DNA from: a virus
DNA length: 37,392 nucleotides
IMG/VR virus record: IMGVR_UViG_3300037479_000222
Coordinates: 1-37,392 of that record
Reading direction: 5' to 3' (one strand)
Under the pieces are notes generated by a model, which saw nothing but the letters and a program-made list of their open reading frames with translations, had not been told where the DNA came from and made no database searches. The stretch's first letter is position 1. Each line of letters opens with the position of its first letter. The position numbers were made by a program, and so were the translations under genes. Shown here piece after piece: positions 16,039-23,264 of the stretch.

Positions 16039-16154
16039 AACTTATAGGGGGCGCTCTATTTACGGGGGCGTCCCAAAAATGGGAAAAAGTAGCCTGTCGG
16101 TCTAATAATTGGTCAAAAATACACCAAATGGTTTAAAAAGAAGGGAGCATTAGA

Positions 16155-16463
16155 ATGCCAATCAAGATCAAATCTGAGCCTGGAATCTATCGTCCGATAG
16201 TGATCTGCGACGCATGTGAAAAAGAAATTGAAGAGGCTAAAAAGGGAACTGTGGTCTTTATTCCAAGCACGACAGACCCCGCGGCCATCATGGAGATGTT
16301 TACTGTTCACAACAATCATGAATGCTTCGCAAGGTTCGAAAAAGCCCGCAATGATTTCGCCTCCGATATCCCACTTCCTGCATTTCTGATTTACCTGGAG
16401 CGGGGATTGAAACTCAATCGAAAGGATGCTGAAACGGAGGCCAAATTGCTGTCATGGGAATAG
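16155..16463 (+). CDS. Hypothetical protein, 102 aa
   Basis: An AAGGGAG SD is present. It is the first gene after the ori-like region. Confidence 0.65.
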   Translation: MPIKIKSEPGIYRPIVICDACEKEIEEAKKGTVVFIPSTTDPAAIMEMFTVHNNHECFARFEKARNDFASDIPLPAFLIYLERGLKLNRKDAETEAKLLSWE

Positions 16464-16738
16464 CAACAGAAGTCGAAAAACTACTCTCTACAATCTGTCA
16501 GGGTGGTCAAATCAAGATCGAGGGAGGCCACCTGTTTGTCAGCCCTCCCGAGATCGCCCGCAAGTTCGGAGACCAGATCAAGAGACTGAAGCCGGAGATT
16601 TTGATTGCCCTCGGGCATTGTCCGGTGTGCACAAGAGAATTGGTGGTCAAGGTTGAAGAAGCATCGAGCGAGAAGACCGCGCGACATGCTTATTGCTCCG
16701 GTCAGGAGATTTTGCATTACGACAGTTGGAAGTTTTAG
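16454..16738 (+). CDS. Hypothetical protein, 94 aa (CPVC...H..C putative zinc site)
   Basis: It overlaps the upstream gene by 10 nt and has normal composition. Confidence 0.6.
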   Translation: MGIATEVEKLLSTICQGGQIKIEGGHLFVSPPEIARKFGDQIKRLKPEILIALGHCPVCTRELVVKVEEASSEKTARHAYCSGQEILHYDSWKF

Positions 16739-16788
16739 GAGAAGGGAAACCATATGCTGAAAAACAAACAACAGGAGGTGAAAGCGGC

Positions 16789-16998
16789 ATGAAGCGAAGA
16801 CGCAGGGAGAAGAAAGAGCGCGTAGAGCTTCCGCTTCCGTTCGCTCTGAATTTGAATGAGCCTGTTGGGACACTTGATTTCATTATCGAAAAGACCGAAC
16901 AGACCTTAAAAGAATTGAAACGGCTGAGAATCATTCTTGTGCGAAGGCGAGAGAAAGAGCGTAAGCGATTTCTTGAGGAAAGGAGCATTGAACAGTGA
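16789..16998 (+). CDS. Hypothetical basic coiled-coil protein, 69 aa
   Basis: ATG at 16789 lies after CAGGAGGTG (the track ORF starts upstream at 16693). Confidence 0.55.
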   Translation: MKRRRREKKERVELPLPFALNLNEPVGTLDFIIEKTEQTLKELKRLRIILVRRREKERKRFLEERSIEQ

Positions 16999-17240
16999 AA
17001 CGACGATACGCAAACATCTTATTGCGCCTGGCCTTCAGAATCTTCCGGCGTTATCACGGCCAGTTGCCGAAAGAGTTGAACGGAATCATATGGGGAGAGA
17101 TGACGAGACCATATGCGCGAAATCATGCTGAGGCATGGTCAGGTTTCGATCCTCTTTGCTCAACGTGCGTGAGAGAGATGGAAGAAGAGAAAGCGAATCA
17201 AGAAACAGTCAAACGATGGTTGAAAGGAGAGATTGCATGA
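16995..17240 (+). CDS. Hypothetical protein, 81 aa
   Basis: A GTG start lies 9 nt after AGGAG and forms a GTGA overlap with the upstream stop. Confidence 0.5.
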   Translation: MKRRYANILLRLAFRIFRRYHGQLPKELNGIIWGEMTRPYARNHAEAWSGFDPLCSTCVREMEEEKANQETVKRWLKGEIA

Positions 17241-17440
17241 AAGAACAACAGTTTGAATATCATATTTCCTGGCATGCTGAGCCTAGCGCTAGATCGGATG
17301 TTGAAACCTATTTGAAGCGCAGTATTGATCGTCACGTTAACGAACTCGCCGCAATTGGTTGGCATCTTCATTCAATTGTGCCTGATGGATTGGGAAGATT
17401 CATGATCGTAATGGAAAGAAAAAGCGAGGTGAAGCGATGA
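17237..17440 (+). CDS. Hypothetical protein, 67 aa
   Basis: ATGA overlap and an AAAGGAGAG SD (the track ORF starts at 17135). Confidence 0.55.
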   Translation: MKEQQFEYHISWHAEPSARSDVETYLKRSIDRHVNELAAIGWHLHSIVPDGLGRFMIVMERKSEVKR

Positions 17441-17736
17441 CCGTTGAAGAGAGAGCGAGAATGGCGCTTGAGAAATTCCATCACTCAAGCAGAATCAAAG
17501 ATGGTCTAAAAGCGATTGAAGAAGCCCTCCGCGATCAGATCGAAGACTGCGCGAAGGTTGCGGATAAAGAATCAGACCGAGTGTTGTGCCTATCTGACGA
17601 ATACACAGGGAAGAAGGATTTTGAGGCAGCGTCTAGAACGTCTGCATGTGCCGTTACCGCCGCGAAACTTGGCCGAGACATTCGCGCCCTCGCCGCTCCG
17701 ACAGAACAAACAGAAGGGAAGGAGGGTGAGAGATGA
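17437..17736 (+). CDS. Hypothetical protein, 99 aa (distant member of the E-x-CA ... IRA family)
   Basis: ATGA overlap. Motifs are IEDCAKVADKE ... GRDIRALA. Confidence 0.6.
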   Translation: MTVEERARMALEKFHHSSRIKDGLKAIEEALRDQIEDCAKVADKESDRVLCLSDEYTGKKDFEAASRTSACAVTAAKLGRDIRALAAPTEQTEGKEGER

Positions 17737-17972
17737 CTCCGAAGCAGAGAGCCGCAATAGTAACGACCGTGATGATGCTTCGTTGGCGTGGCTCTACGGT
17801 TGAGGAGTGGAACGGGGCGATAGAGCGCGCCATTATTGAAGCTGTCGAAGAAGAGCGCGAAGCCTGCGCTGCGGAATGCGAAGCGATGGCGGAAGACGCT
17901 CCCAGAGGATCCACGCTGGCGCGCGCTTACCGGATTTGCGCGGAAGCAATCCGCGCCCGGTCGGAGTCTTAA
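17733..17972 (+). CDS. EEEREACA-motif small protein, 79 aa (paralog of 20503..20784)
   Basis: ATGA overlap. Motifs are IIEAVEEEREACAAECE...AEAIRARSES. Confidence 0.65.
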   Translation: MTPKQRAAIVTTVMMLRWRGSTVEEWNGAIERAIIEAVEEEREACAAECEAMAEDAPRGSTLARAYRICAEAIRARSES

Positions 17973-18000
17973 ACAAACAACAGAGGGGAGATTGAAGAAG

Positions 18001-18210
18001 ATGGAAGAAGAGCCGCAAAAAAAGAGTCTTGGTTATTACGGTGGTCGAATCGGCAAATATGAAGTAGTGGGAATGGATGCTGATCGCCGCTGGCATCTGT
18101 TTCTTGACGGTCGAGACACCGGACGCAGTTATAAAAGATTGACTGACGCCCGGAGGGCAATCAAGAACGAAGAGACAAAAGAGAAAGCCCGGTCGGAGAA
18201 AGGGGAGTGA
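18001..18210 (+). CDS. Hypothetical protein, 69 aa
   Basis: ATG at 18001 lies after GAGGGGAG (the track ORF starts at 17836, overlapping the previous gene). Confidence 0.55.
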   Translation: MEEEPQKKSLGYYGGRIGKYEVVGMDADRRWHLFLDGRDTGRSYKRLTDARRAIKNEETKEKARSEKGE

Positions 18211-18213
18211 AGC

Positions 18214-18369
18214 ATGAATATCTGCGCAATATGCCAGCAAGAGCAATGCGGGCGTGAAGAGATGTGCGCCCTCTTTTGGAATCTGGATCAAAATAATGAT
18301 GCCTATATTGATCTGGACGAAATAGAGCCGAGCGAATATGAACTACTCGAAGAAGAGTTAGATATTTAG
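18214..18369 (+). CDS. Hypothetical Cys-rich acidic 51-aa protein
   Basis: Translation is MNICAICQQEQCGREEMCALFWNLDQNNDAYIDLDEIEPSEYELLEEELDI. An AAAGGGGAG SD is present. It is not in the track. Confidence 0.45.
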   Translation: MNICAICQQEQCGREEMCALFWNLDQNNDAYIDLDEIEPSEYELLEEELDI

Positions 18370-18387
18370 AAAGGGGAGTGAAGAGAG

Positions 18388-19071
18388 ATGGCGAAAATAA
18401 AATTCTTTGATCCCGATCAAACTTACATTTCAATATCGCGCACATGCGCTAGACGGATGGAAGAGATGGAATTATTTCCTCAAGCAACTAGATTTGAAGA
18501 CGTGAGAAGGGTGATGGTCGCTGCGCTTCGTGATACTGCCGAGATCATACCTGACACGTCGGAGACTCACTTTCTAGCGAGATTCCATATACAAAACGAC
18601 ACGATTGACCGCAAACTTGTTGCCGCCTGCGTGGTGACAAAAAGCACTGGCTTGAATCTTCCTCATGTCTTGTTAGTTCGTGGGCTTATGAGTGAAGATG
18701 CCGCCCTGCAGATAATGCACAAAGGAAGAGGATTAAAGCCGTTGAAACATGACGATACGATGCAAAAGGTTGGCGTACTAGCGGCGTGTGTTCGCAGCGA
18801 TGCGGAAACGCTTCGCCCCTTAGACGATCCCGACGATGATGAGAAATCCTGGCGCCGAGCCGTGCGTTTGGCGAATGAAAGGGCACCTCATTTGTCGGCA
18901 GAACAGAGAAGGCTTTTAGCGTCGTTGATAAATGAAAAAGAATGGGTATACGGTCGTATCAATCTTCTTCCCTTGGACGCCCCAACACGTTTTGCCTATC
19001 TCACTAAATTGAAGGCTTTGAAATGGGCAATAGAACAATGCACAAATTCTGAAAGGAATAGAATGAGATGA
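18388..19071 (+). CDS. Hypothetical protein, 227 aa
   Basis: An AAAGGGGAG SD and a long ORF of normal composition. Confidence 0.7.
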   Translation: MAKIKFFDPDQTYISISRTCARRMEEMELFPQATRFEDVRRVMVAALRDTAEIIPDTSETHFLARFHIQNDTIDRKLVAACVVTKSTGLNLPHVLLVRGLMSEDAALQIMHKGRGLKPLKHDDTMQKVGVLAACVRSDAETLRPLDDPDDDEKSWRRAVRLANERAPHLSAEQRRLLASLINEKEWVYGRINLLPLDAPTRFAYLTKLKALKWAIEQCTNSERNRMR

Positions 19072-19370
19072 AAAGCATGTGGACTTTTTCTGCAACTAAA
19101 GGTTGGTTCCGGTCGGAGAATTCGTTGGCTGAAGTAGATTCGATTGAAGAAGCCAAACGAATGGGATTTAAGAACACGCTCGATACCGCCCCATCGGCTT
19201 TTGCGCCCGGTAAGGCAATCAGACAAGCCATATTCTTTCAGCGAGTGAAAAAAGCGAGAGTTGATTATCTTGGCTACTATCACATTGGCGGGGCTGACTT
19301 TTGGTTTTACATGCCGAACACGGCGTCATTCATTGAAGCCTTTAGTCGGTATCAATCAATCGTAAGATAA
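19068..19370 (+). CDS. Hypothetical protein, 100 aa
   Basis: ATGA overlap with the upstream gene. Confidence 0.65.
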   Translation: MKSMWTFSATKGWFRSENSLAEVDSIEEAKRMGFKNTLDTAPSAFAPGKAIRQAIFFQRVKKARVDYLGYYHIGGADFWFYMPNTASFIEAFSRYQSIVR

Positions 19371-19387
19371 ACAAGGGAGATTCACAG

Positions 19388-19828
19388 ATGAAGAAAAATA
19401 AGACAATCAAAACAGCGGATGAAAAGTTGGCGTTGTCAGGAGAGATGAGCGAAACAATCAGAGAGCAAATATTGGCGCGTGACGCAGATAGACATAAACT
19501 ACATATCCTCCTGAGCGAGCTTACGAGTTTAAGTCGCAAACTGCATGAACTCCTGCCAGAGTTTTCGCGTTTAGGCCGTTCACACCGCTTCTCACTTTAC
19601 GGGGAATTGGAATTTGCCGTGGCAGGCATTTGTCATGCACTCAATCACTATCATAAAGCACTGCCATATCACTACGAAGAACCCGATGAACATGATTGCA
19701 TCACTTGTGCCTTGATTTGGTTGACAGAAGAGACGGGAGAAAACCCACTCGAAGTTTTTGGCCAGATGTTTGCGGGCGAGTTTGTAAACGATCAATTGCA
19801 GCCTCAAGAAGAGTCCGAACAAAAATAG
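19388..19828 (+). CDS. Hypothetical protein, 146 aa
   Basis: An AAGGGAG SD is present. The protein looks helical, with His/Glu-rich segments. Confidence 0.65.
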   Translation: MKKNKTIKTADEKLALSGEMSETIREQILARDADRHKLHILLSELTSLSRKLHELLPEFSRLGRSHRFSLYGELEFAVAGICHALNHYHKALPYHYEEPDEHDCITCALIWLTEETGENPLEVFGQMFAGEFVNDQLQPQEESEQK

Positions 19829-19863
19829 ATTTTGACTCTTTACATAAGCCTGTTTTTGTAAAG

Positions 19864-19895
19864 ATTGATCGAAAATCGCGCGATTTTCGATCAAT
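19864..19895. repeat. Perfect 32-bp palindrome ATTGATCGAAAATCGC|GCGATTTTCGATCAAT; candidate recombinase core site or operator
   Basis: Verified base by base. It reads as 13-nt arms around a CGCGCG centre and lies 30 nt upstream of the small tyrosine recombinase gene. No T-run follows. Confidence 0.9.
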
Positions 19896-19925
19896 AGAAT
19901 CAAGGGATGACAAAGCGCGGCCAAT

Positions 19926-20498
19926 ATGAATAATGTAAAGAGTATGAGCGAAACCCGAAAATATCTGACCGAATCTGAGATCGAAATCTTTTTGAAGGCT
20001 TCGAAGAAGACCCGGAACGGAATCCGGGATTACTGTATGGCGATGATGGCCTATCGTCATGGATTCAGGGTAAGCGAACTTATCAGCGTTCGAATAAACG
20101 AAGTCCACCTGGACATGGCCCGGCTCGATGTTCGAAGGCTTAAGAAGGGGCTAGACGGTCATCACCCAATCGAGGGAGACGAACTTCGGGCGATTCGGGC
20201 ATGGCTCAAAGAAAGAACGGTCCATAAGTTTTCAGGCTCGCCCAATCTGTTTCTGAGCGAGCGCGGACCTTTCACAAGACAGGCCGTCAATTATCTCTTC
20301 GAGGTCATAGGCCAGAAAGCCGGCTTAACGATCAAGGTCCATCCCCACATGTTGCGCCATTCCTGTGGCTACAAGCTGGCCAATGACGAAAGAACGACGC
20401 GAGATATTCAAGACTATCTAGGCCATCGAGACATCAGGCAGACAGCCAAATACACGGCCCTCAACGCCGAGCGATTCAGAAACTTTTGGAGGAAATGA
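19926..20498 (+). CDS. Small tyrosine recombinase of the FimB/FimE (DNA invertase/resolvase-like) type, 190 aa
   Basis: It aligns by eye along its whole length with FimB: YLTESEIEIFLKA..RDYCMAMMAYRHGFRVSEL..RLKKG..HP..HPHMLRHSCGYKLAN..IQDYLGHRDIRQTAKYTALNAERF. The start could instead be the Met at 19944. Confidence 0.88.
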   Translation: MNNVKSMSETRKYLTESEIEIFLKASKKTRNGIRDYCMAMMAYRHGFRVSELISVRINEVHLDMARLDVRRLKKGLDGHHPIEGDELRAIRAWLKERTVHKFSGSPNLFLSERGPFTRQAVNYLFEVIGQKAGLTIKVHPHMLRHSCGYKLANDERTTRDIQDYLGHRDIRQTAKYTALNAERFRNFWRK

Positions 20499-20502
20499 AC
20501 CG

Positions 20503-20784
20503 ATGACACCAATGGAATACGCCGATGAATACTTTCGTCTCAATTTCGAGCGGCAAGCAGATCTCGCCAGAAAAGGTCAGCAACTTCGCCCCCTTGAAGA
20601 GGAGATTGCGATTTGCAAACAGATGATTGTAAAGATTGTCCAAGCCGCCATCGAGGAAGAAAGGGAAGCGTGTGCGGGGATCGCCCATGAAGAACTGGAA
20701 ATCGAAAGAGAGTTTGCGGAATCGCGCTCGGGTGAGGAAGTTGCCGAATATATTGAGGCTAGAATCCGCGCCCGCTCTTCATGA
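20503..20784 (+). CDS. EEEREACA-motif small protein, 93 aa (paralog of 17733..17972)
   Basis: A GGAGGAAA SD is present. Motifs are IVQAAIEEEREACAGIA...IEARIRARSS. Confidence 0.65.
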   Translation: MTPMEYADEYFRLNFERQADLARKGQQLRPLEEEIAICKQMIVKIVQAAIEEEREACAGIAHEELEIEREFAESRSGEEVAEYIEARIRARSS

Positions 20785-20832
20785 TATACTCCCCGCCATT
20801 GGGTGCATAGATTCTGTTTCCAAATCACTTTT

Positions 20833-20866
20833 AAGCCCTGGCGCGAGTCGGGGCTTTTCTCTTTCC
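20833..20866 (+). terminator. Rho-independent terminator ending the long + strand block
   Basis: AAGCCCTG-gcgcgagt-CGGGGCTT hairpin followed by a T-rich TTTTCTCTTTC tract. Confidence 0.6.
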
Positions 20867-20974
20867 CACTTCTCACCACAATAGGCCAATCGCTTCACAG
20901 GCCCGCCATTGTCGAAAGACATGAAGGTTGGCCTACTCCTGACAAGGGCAAAATCAATGTAGGTCAAATATGGC

Positions 20975-21010
20975 GAAAAAATAGGCCGTGAAGCATCCAA
21001 TTTCACGGCC
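20975..21010 (-). terminator. Rho-independent terminator ending the - strand late/lysis operon
   Basis: On the - strand a GGCCGTGAA-N9-TTCACGGCC hairpin is followed by TATTTTTT, 37 nt after the stop of 21047..21244. Confidence 0.7.
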
Positions 21011-21046
21011 CGGTAGGAGAGAATGAAAGATGGGGTTGGAAGTAAA

Positions 21047-21244
21047 TCAAGAATGCGATTTCTGAGGCCCACAGGCTTTGATATGGCCATCGAGTCTTTC
21101 AGTCATGACAGCCACGTCTCGTTTCACGTCACCAATTGTTCCGGCGAGTTTCCACAAGACGCCACCGACCGCAATAAAAGCCATGAGCATAGCGATGAAC
21201 ATCGTTACGACAGCAGGGTTGATATACATGTTGTGTGAGGTCAT
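21047..21244 (-). CDS. Holin-like single-TM protein, 65 aa
   Basis: MTSHNMYINPAVVTMFIAMLMAFIAVGGVLWKLAG is followed by a charged tail. It lies immediately downstream of the transglycosylase gene. The function is positional inference. Confidence 0.5.
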   Translation of the reverse strand: MTSHNMYINPAVVTMFIAMLMAFIAVGGVLWKLAGTIGDVKRDVAVMTERLDGHIKACGPQKSHS

Positions 21245-21286
21245 GTTGCGACTCTTTGGGGGAGTCAAAGTTGATAGGGCAATGTT

Positions 21287-21796
21287 TTAATCACTAAAGG
21301 CAAACCAGAGCAATAAGCCCGCGGCCCCTATTATAAGCCATACCGGGAAGTCTCCAGGGGAGACAGTCACTTGATCAAGATTGACAACAGAACTTTCAGT
21401 AAAGCCAGCCTGATTATAGATCGCTTGGGCATAAGCCTTTGCCGCGGCTGAAACCGTCCCGCGCTGGACGTTTCCGGGACCGCCATTGTAGCCCTGAAGG
21501 GCTTTGAGGTAATCGCCATTGAACATGGCTATCAGGGCAATCATATATCTGCCCCAGGCGTCGAGCGCGAGTTCAGGATTGTAGGCATTCGTATGAGGCC
21601 CAGAGCCGTAATCTTTCCATGTCGCCGGGGTGAATTGACTAATCCCTCTCTCACCCGCGCCGCCGACGAACGGCCCGAAGATCACATCCTGTCGCCAGCC
21701 TGATTCGCGTTGCATTTGAGCAAGGGCGATGTTCGGATCGATCCCGTACTGATTGGCTTTCGCGACAACTAATTGTTTGATCTCTTCAGTCGTCAT
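21287..21796 (-). CDS. Lytic transglycosylase (SLT domain) with a C-terminal TM anchor, 169 aa
   Basis: The SLT motif is IALAQMQRESGWRQD...GERGISQFTPATWKDYG...YNGGPGN. The C-terminal anchor is FPVWLIIGAAGLLLWFAF. Confidence 0.85.
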   Translation of the reverse strand: MTTEEIKQLVVAKANQYGIDPNIALAQMQRESGWRQDVIFGPFVGGAGERGISQFTPATWKDYGSGPHTNAYNPELALDAWGRYMIALIAMFNGDYLKALQGYNGGPGNVQRGTVSAAAKAYAQAIYNQAGFTESSVVNLDQVTVSPGDFPVWLIIGAAGLLLWFAFSD

Positions 21797-21799
21797 TTA

Positions 21800-21958
21800 T
21801 CATTCCCAACCCCAGGCTTTAAAAGCACGGTCGAGCAAATCACGCAAGGCCATCAATCTTGGCCGAAGTTTTACAGCCTTTGACCCATCAGGATTTTTTA
21901 CGACTTGCGTAAGCCAACTTTCAAAAGTCCCAAAAGCTATTGATTCCCACCAAGACAT
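21800..21958 (-). CDS. Hypothetical 52-aa Trp-rich amphipathic protein
   Basis: Translation is MSWWESIAFGTFESWLTQVVKNPDGSKAVKLRPRLMALRDLLDRAFKAWGWE. AGGAG lies 7 nt before the ATG. It fills the gap between two genes and is not in the track. Confidence 0.5.
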   Translation of the reverse strand: MSWWESIAFGTFESWLTQVVKNPDGSKAVKLRPRLMALRDLLDRAFKAWGWE

Positions 21959-21973
21959 AATTGCTTCTCCTGT

Positions 21974-22552
21974 TTAGTTTTGAACAAGTTCGATGATCGA
22001 GAGATTCTGAATTACGTCGTTATCCGCTGTCCCCTCACCGCTGACTAGCATAGTTATAGGGTTCAAGTTGAGATTAGGAAGCCCGGCAATAATCCCGTTG
22101 CGAACAGTAAACACTCCACCAGAACCAAAAGGAATATTGACATTCGCTGAATCTACACCCATCGCGTTAGCGCCAAAAAAATGACTCAATAAAACTGAGG
22201 TAGATGAAAGACGGACTATTCGCGCAGCAATCGCCCAACCCACACTGACAACAAGATCCCGAAGGCCAGTATCTTCCCATATCGTTCCGCCAAAACTAGT
22301 GACGACTCTTTTAAGATTGGCATTCGTCGCATAGTCACCGCCGTACCAAACATGCAAATAATCTCCATCACTTCGCAGACTGTTTGCGGGAAGGGAAAAA
22401 CTGTGAAGCGGATCAAGGCCTGCGCCCTGATTGCCAACTACCGCCGTATTGACTTCTATGTTGCGAACTAAGCCCACAAAACTAAACTCCCCAGTTGGCC
22501 GTTTGTGAAGCCCCAAGAGGCCCGCATGTCTTCGTTCATAAGAAAGCGCCAT
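21974..22552 (-). CDS. Spike/receptor-binding candidate B, 192 aa (N-terminal MALSYERRH)
   Basis: It shares the LSYERR N terminus with the upstream gene, while the rest is beta-rich and unrelated. The start lies 1 nt after the upstream stop. Confidence 0.7.
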   Translation of the reverse strand: MALSYERRHAGLLGLHKRPTGEFSFVGLVRNIEVNTAVVGNQGAGLDPLHSFSLPANSLRSDGDYLHVWYGGDYATNANLKRVVTSFGGTIWEDTGLRDLVVSVGWAIAARIVRLSSTSVLLSHFFGANAMGVDSANVNIPFGSGGVFTVRNGIIAGLPNLNLNPITMLVSGEGTADNDVIQNLSIIELVQN

Positions 22553-22553
22553 A

Positions 22554-23264
22554 TCATGGCCTAATTGCTATAAGCCCCGTCGCCCACGGCTCAGTTGGTG
22601 TATTTGGCAACCCCGTTGCGATCTTGTTTCCTGTCGCGCCCTGTGGCGTTAGATTGCCGGTAGACGTAAAAAGCAGCGTCACAGAACCATCGAGCCTGGT
22701 TGTCAGTACCGGAGTTACGCCACCTGGAGGGGTGATGCCGGGGAAATTCCACTTCGAGCAAAAGTAAACAATCAAACTGTTATTGATCGCTGTTGTGATT
22801 CCCGGCGCCGTGGCCGTTGCTCCTAGGCCCGTTGCCGTCGAAATTTCGCCTGGATCAACGGGTGTTATAAGGTCCGCTCCGAAAGCCGACATCATCCATG
22901 CGTTAGTTGAAGCATTCGCATGAGTGATTGTGTAGTTGGCCGGTTCTCCTGCGGCGATTTTTATCCAGGCGTAAGTGTCGACTGTGAAGATCGTTGTATC
23001 AGCCCGCGTGAGCGGAAAACCCGGCAAAATGCTAAATCCGGCCGGGGGCGTTGCGACCGGAGGCGCCGCCCCGCCACCTATGCCGTCTTCAAAGATCAGT
23101 AGTAGAAAATCGTCATCGGCCACGCCGGCCGGGGCATTGATAACCGTGTCTGTGCGCCCGCCCGCGAAATTAACGAACGAATCAGACCTGAACGTGACGG
23201 CGCCGGCCTGCGCCCCGCCACCCATGCCTCTGAAATGTCTTCTTCTTCTCTCGTAAGAAAGCAT
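22554..23264 (-). CDS. Spike/receptor-binding candidate A, 236 aa (N-terminal MLSYERRRRH)
   Basis: The protein is beta-rich and G/T/A/P-rich. The start abuts the upstream stop (TAGATG). Confidence 0.7.
   Translation of the reverse strand: MLSYERRRRHFRGMGGGAQAGAVTFRSDSFVNFAGGRTDTVINAPAGVADDDFLLLIFEDGIGGGAAPPVATPPAGFSILPGFPLTRADTTIFTVDTYAWIKIAAGEPANYTITHANASTNAWMMSAFGADLITPVDPGEISTATGLGATATAPGITTAINNSLIVYFCSKWNFPGITPPGGVTPVLTTRLDGSVTLLFTSTGNLTPQGATGNKIATGLPNTPTEPWATGLIAIRP

Noticed and set aside
15983-16103. Repeated GACCGACA/TGTCGGTC units considered as a mini CRISPR array.
   Set aside because: The units are only 8-9 nt, are arranged as an inverted repeat without spacers of regular length, and no cas genes are present. 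An iteron/ori or hairpin interpretation fits better.
16481-18291. - strand ORFs of 130, 113 and 152 aa (16481..16873, 16647..16988, 17833..18291).
   Set aside because: They lie opposite a chain of SD-preceded, ATGA-coupled + strand genes. Their composition is typical of the antisense of Glu/Lys/Arg-rich coding sequence.
20793-20911. 10-bp direct repeat CCCGCCATTG (20792-20801 and 20902-20911) flanking the + strand terminator, considered as target sites of the FimB-like recombinase.
   Set aside because: The repeats are direct rather than inverted and are unrelated to the 32-bp palindrome. A single 10-mer recurrence within about 100 nt is expected by chance a few times in 37 kb.
20779-21090. 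103-aa - strand ORF downstream of the holin-like gene.
   Set aside because: It spans both convergent terminator hairpins (20833-20866 and 20975-21010) and overlaps the holin-like gene end by 44 nt. It is most likely non-coding inter-operon DNA.
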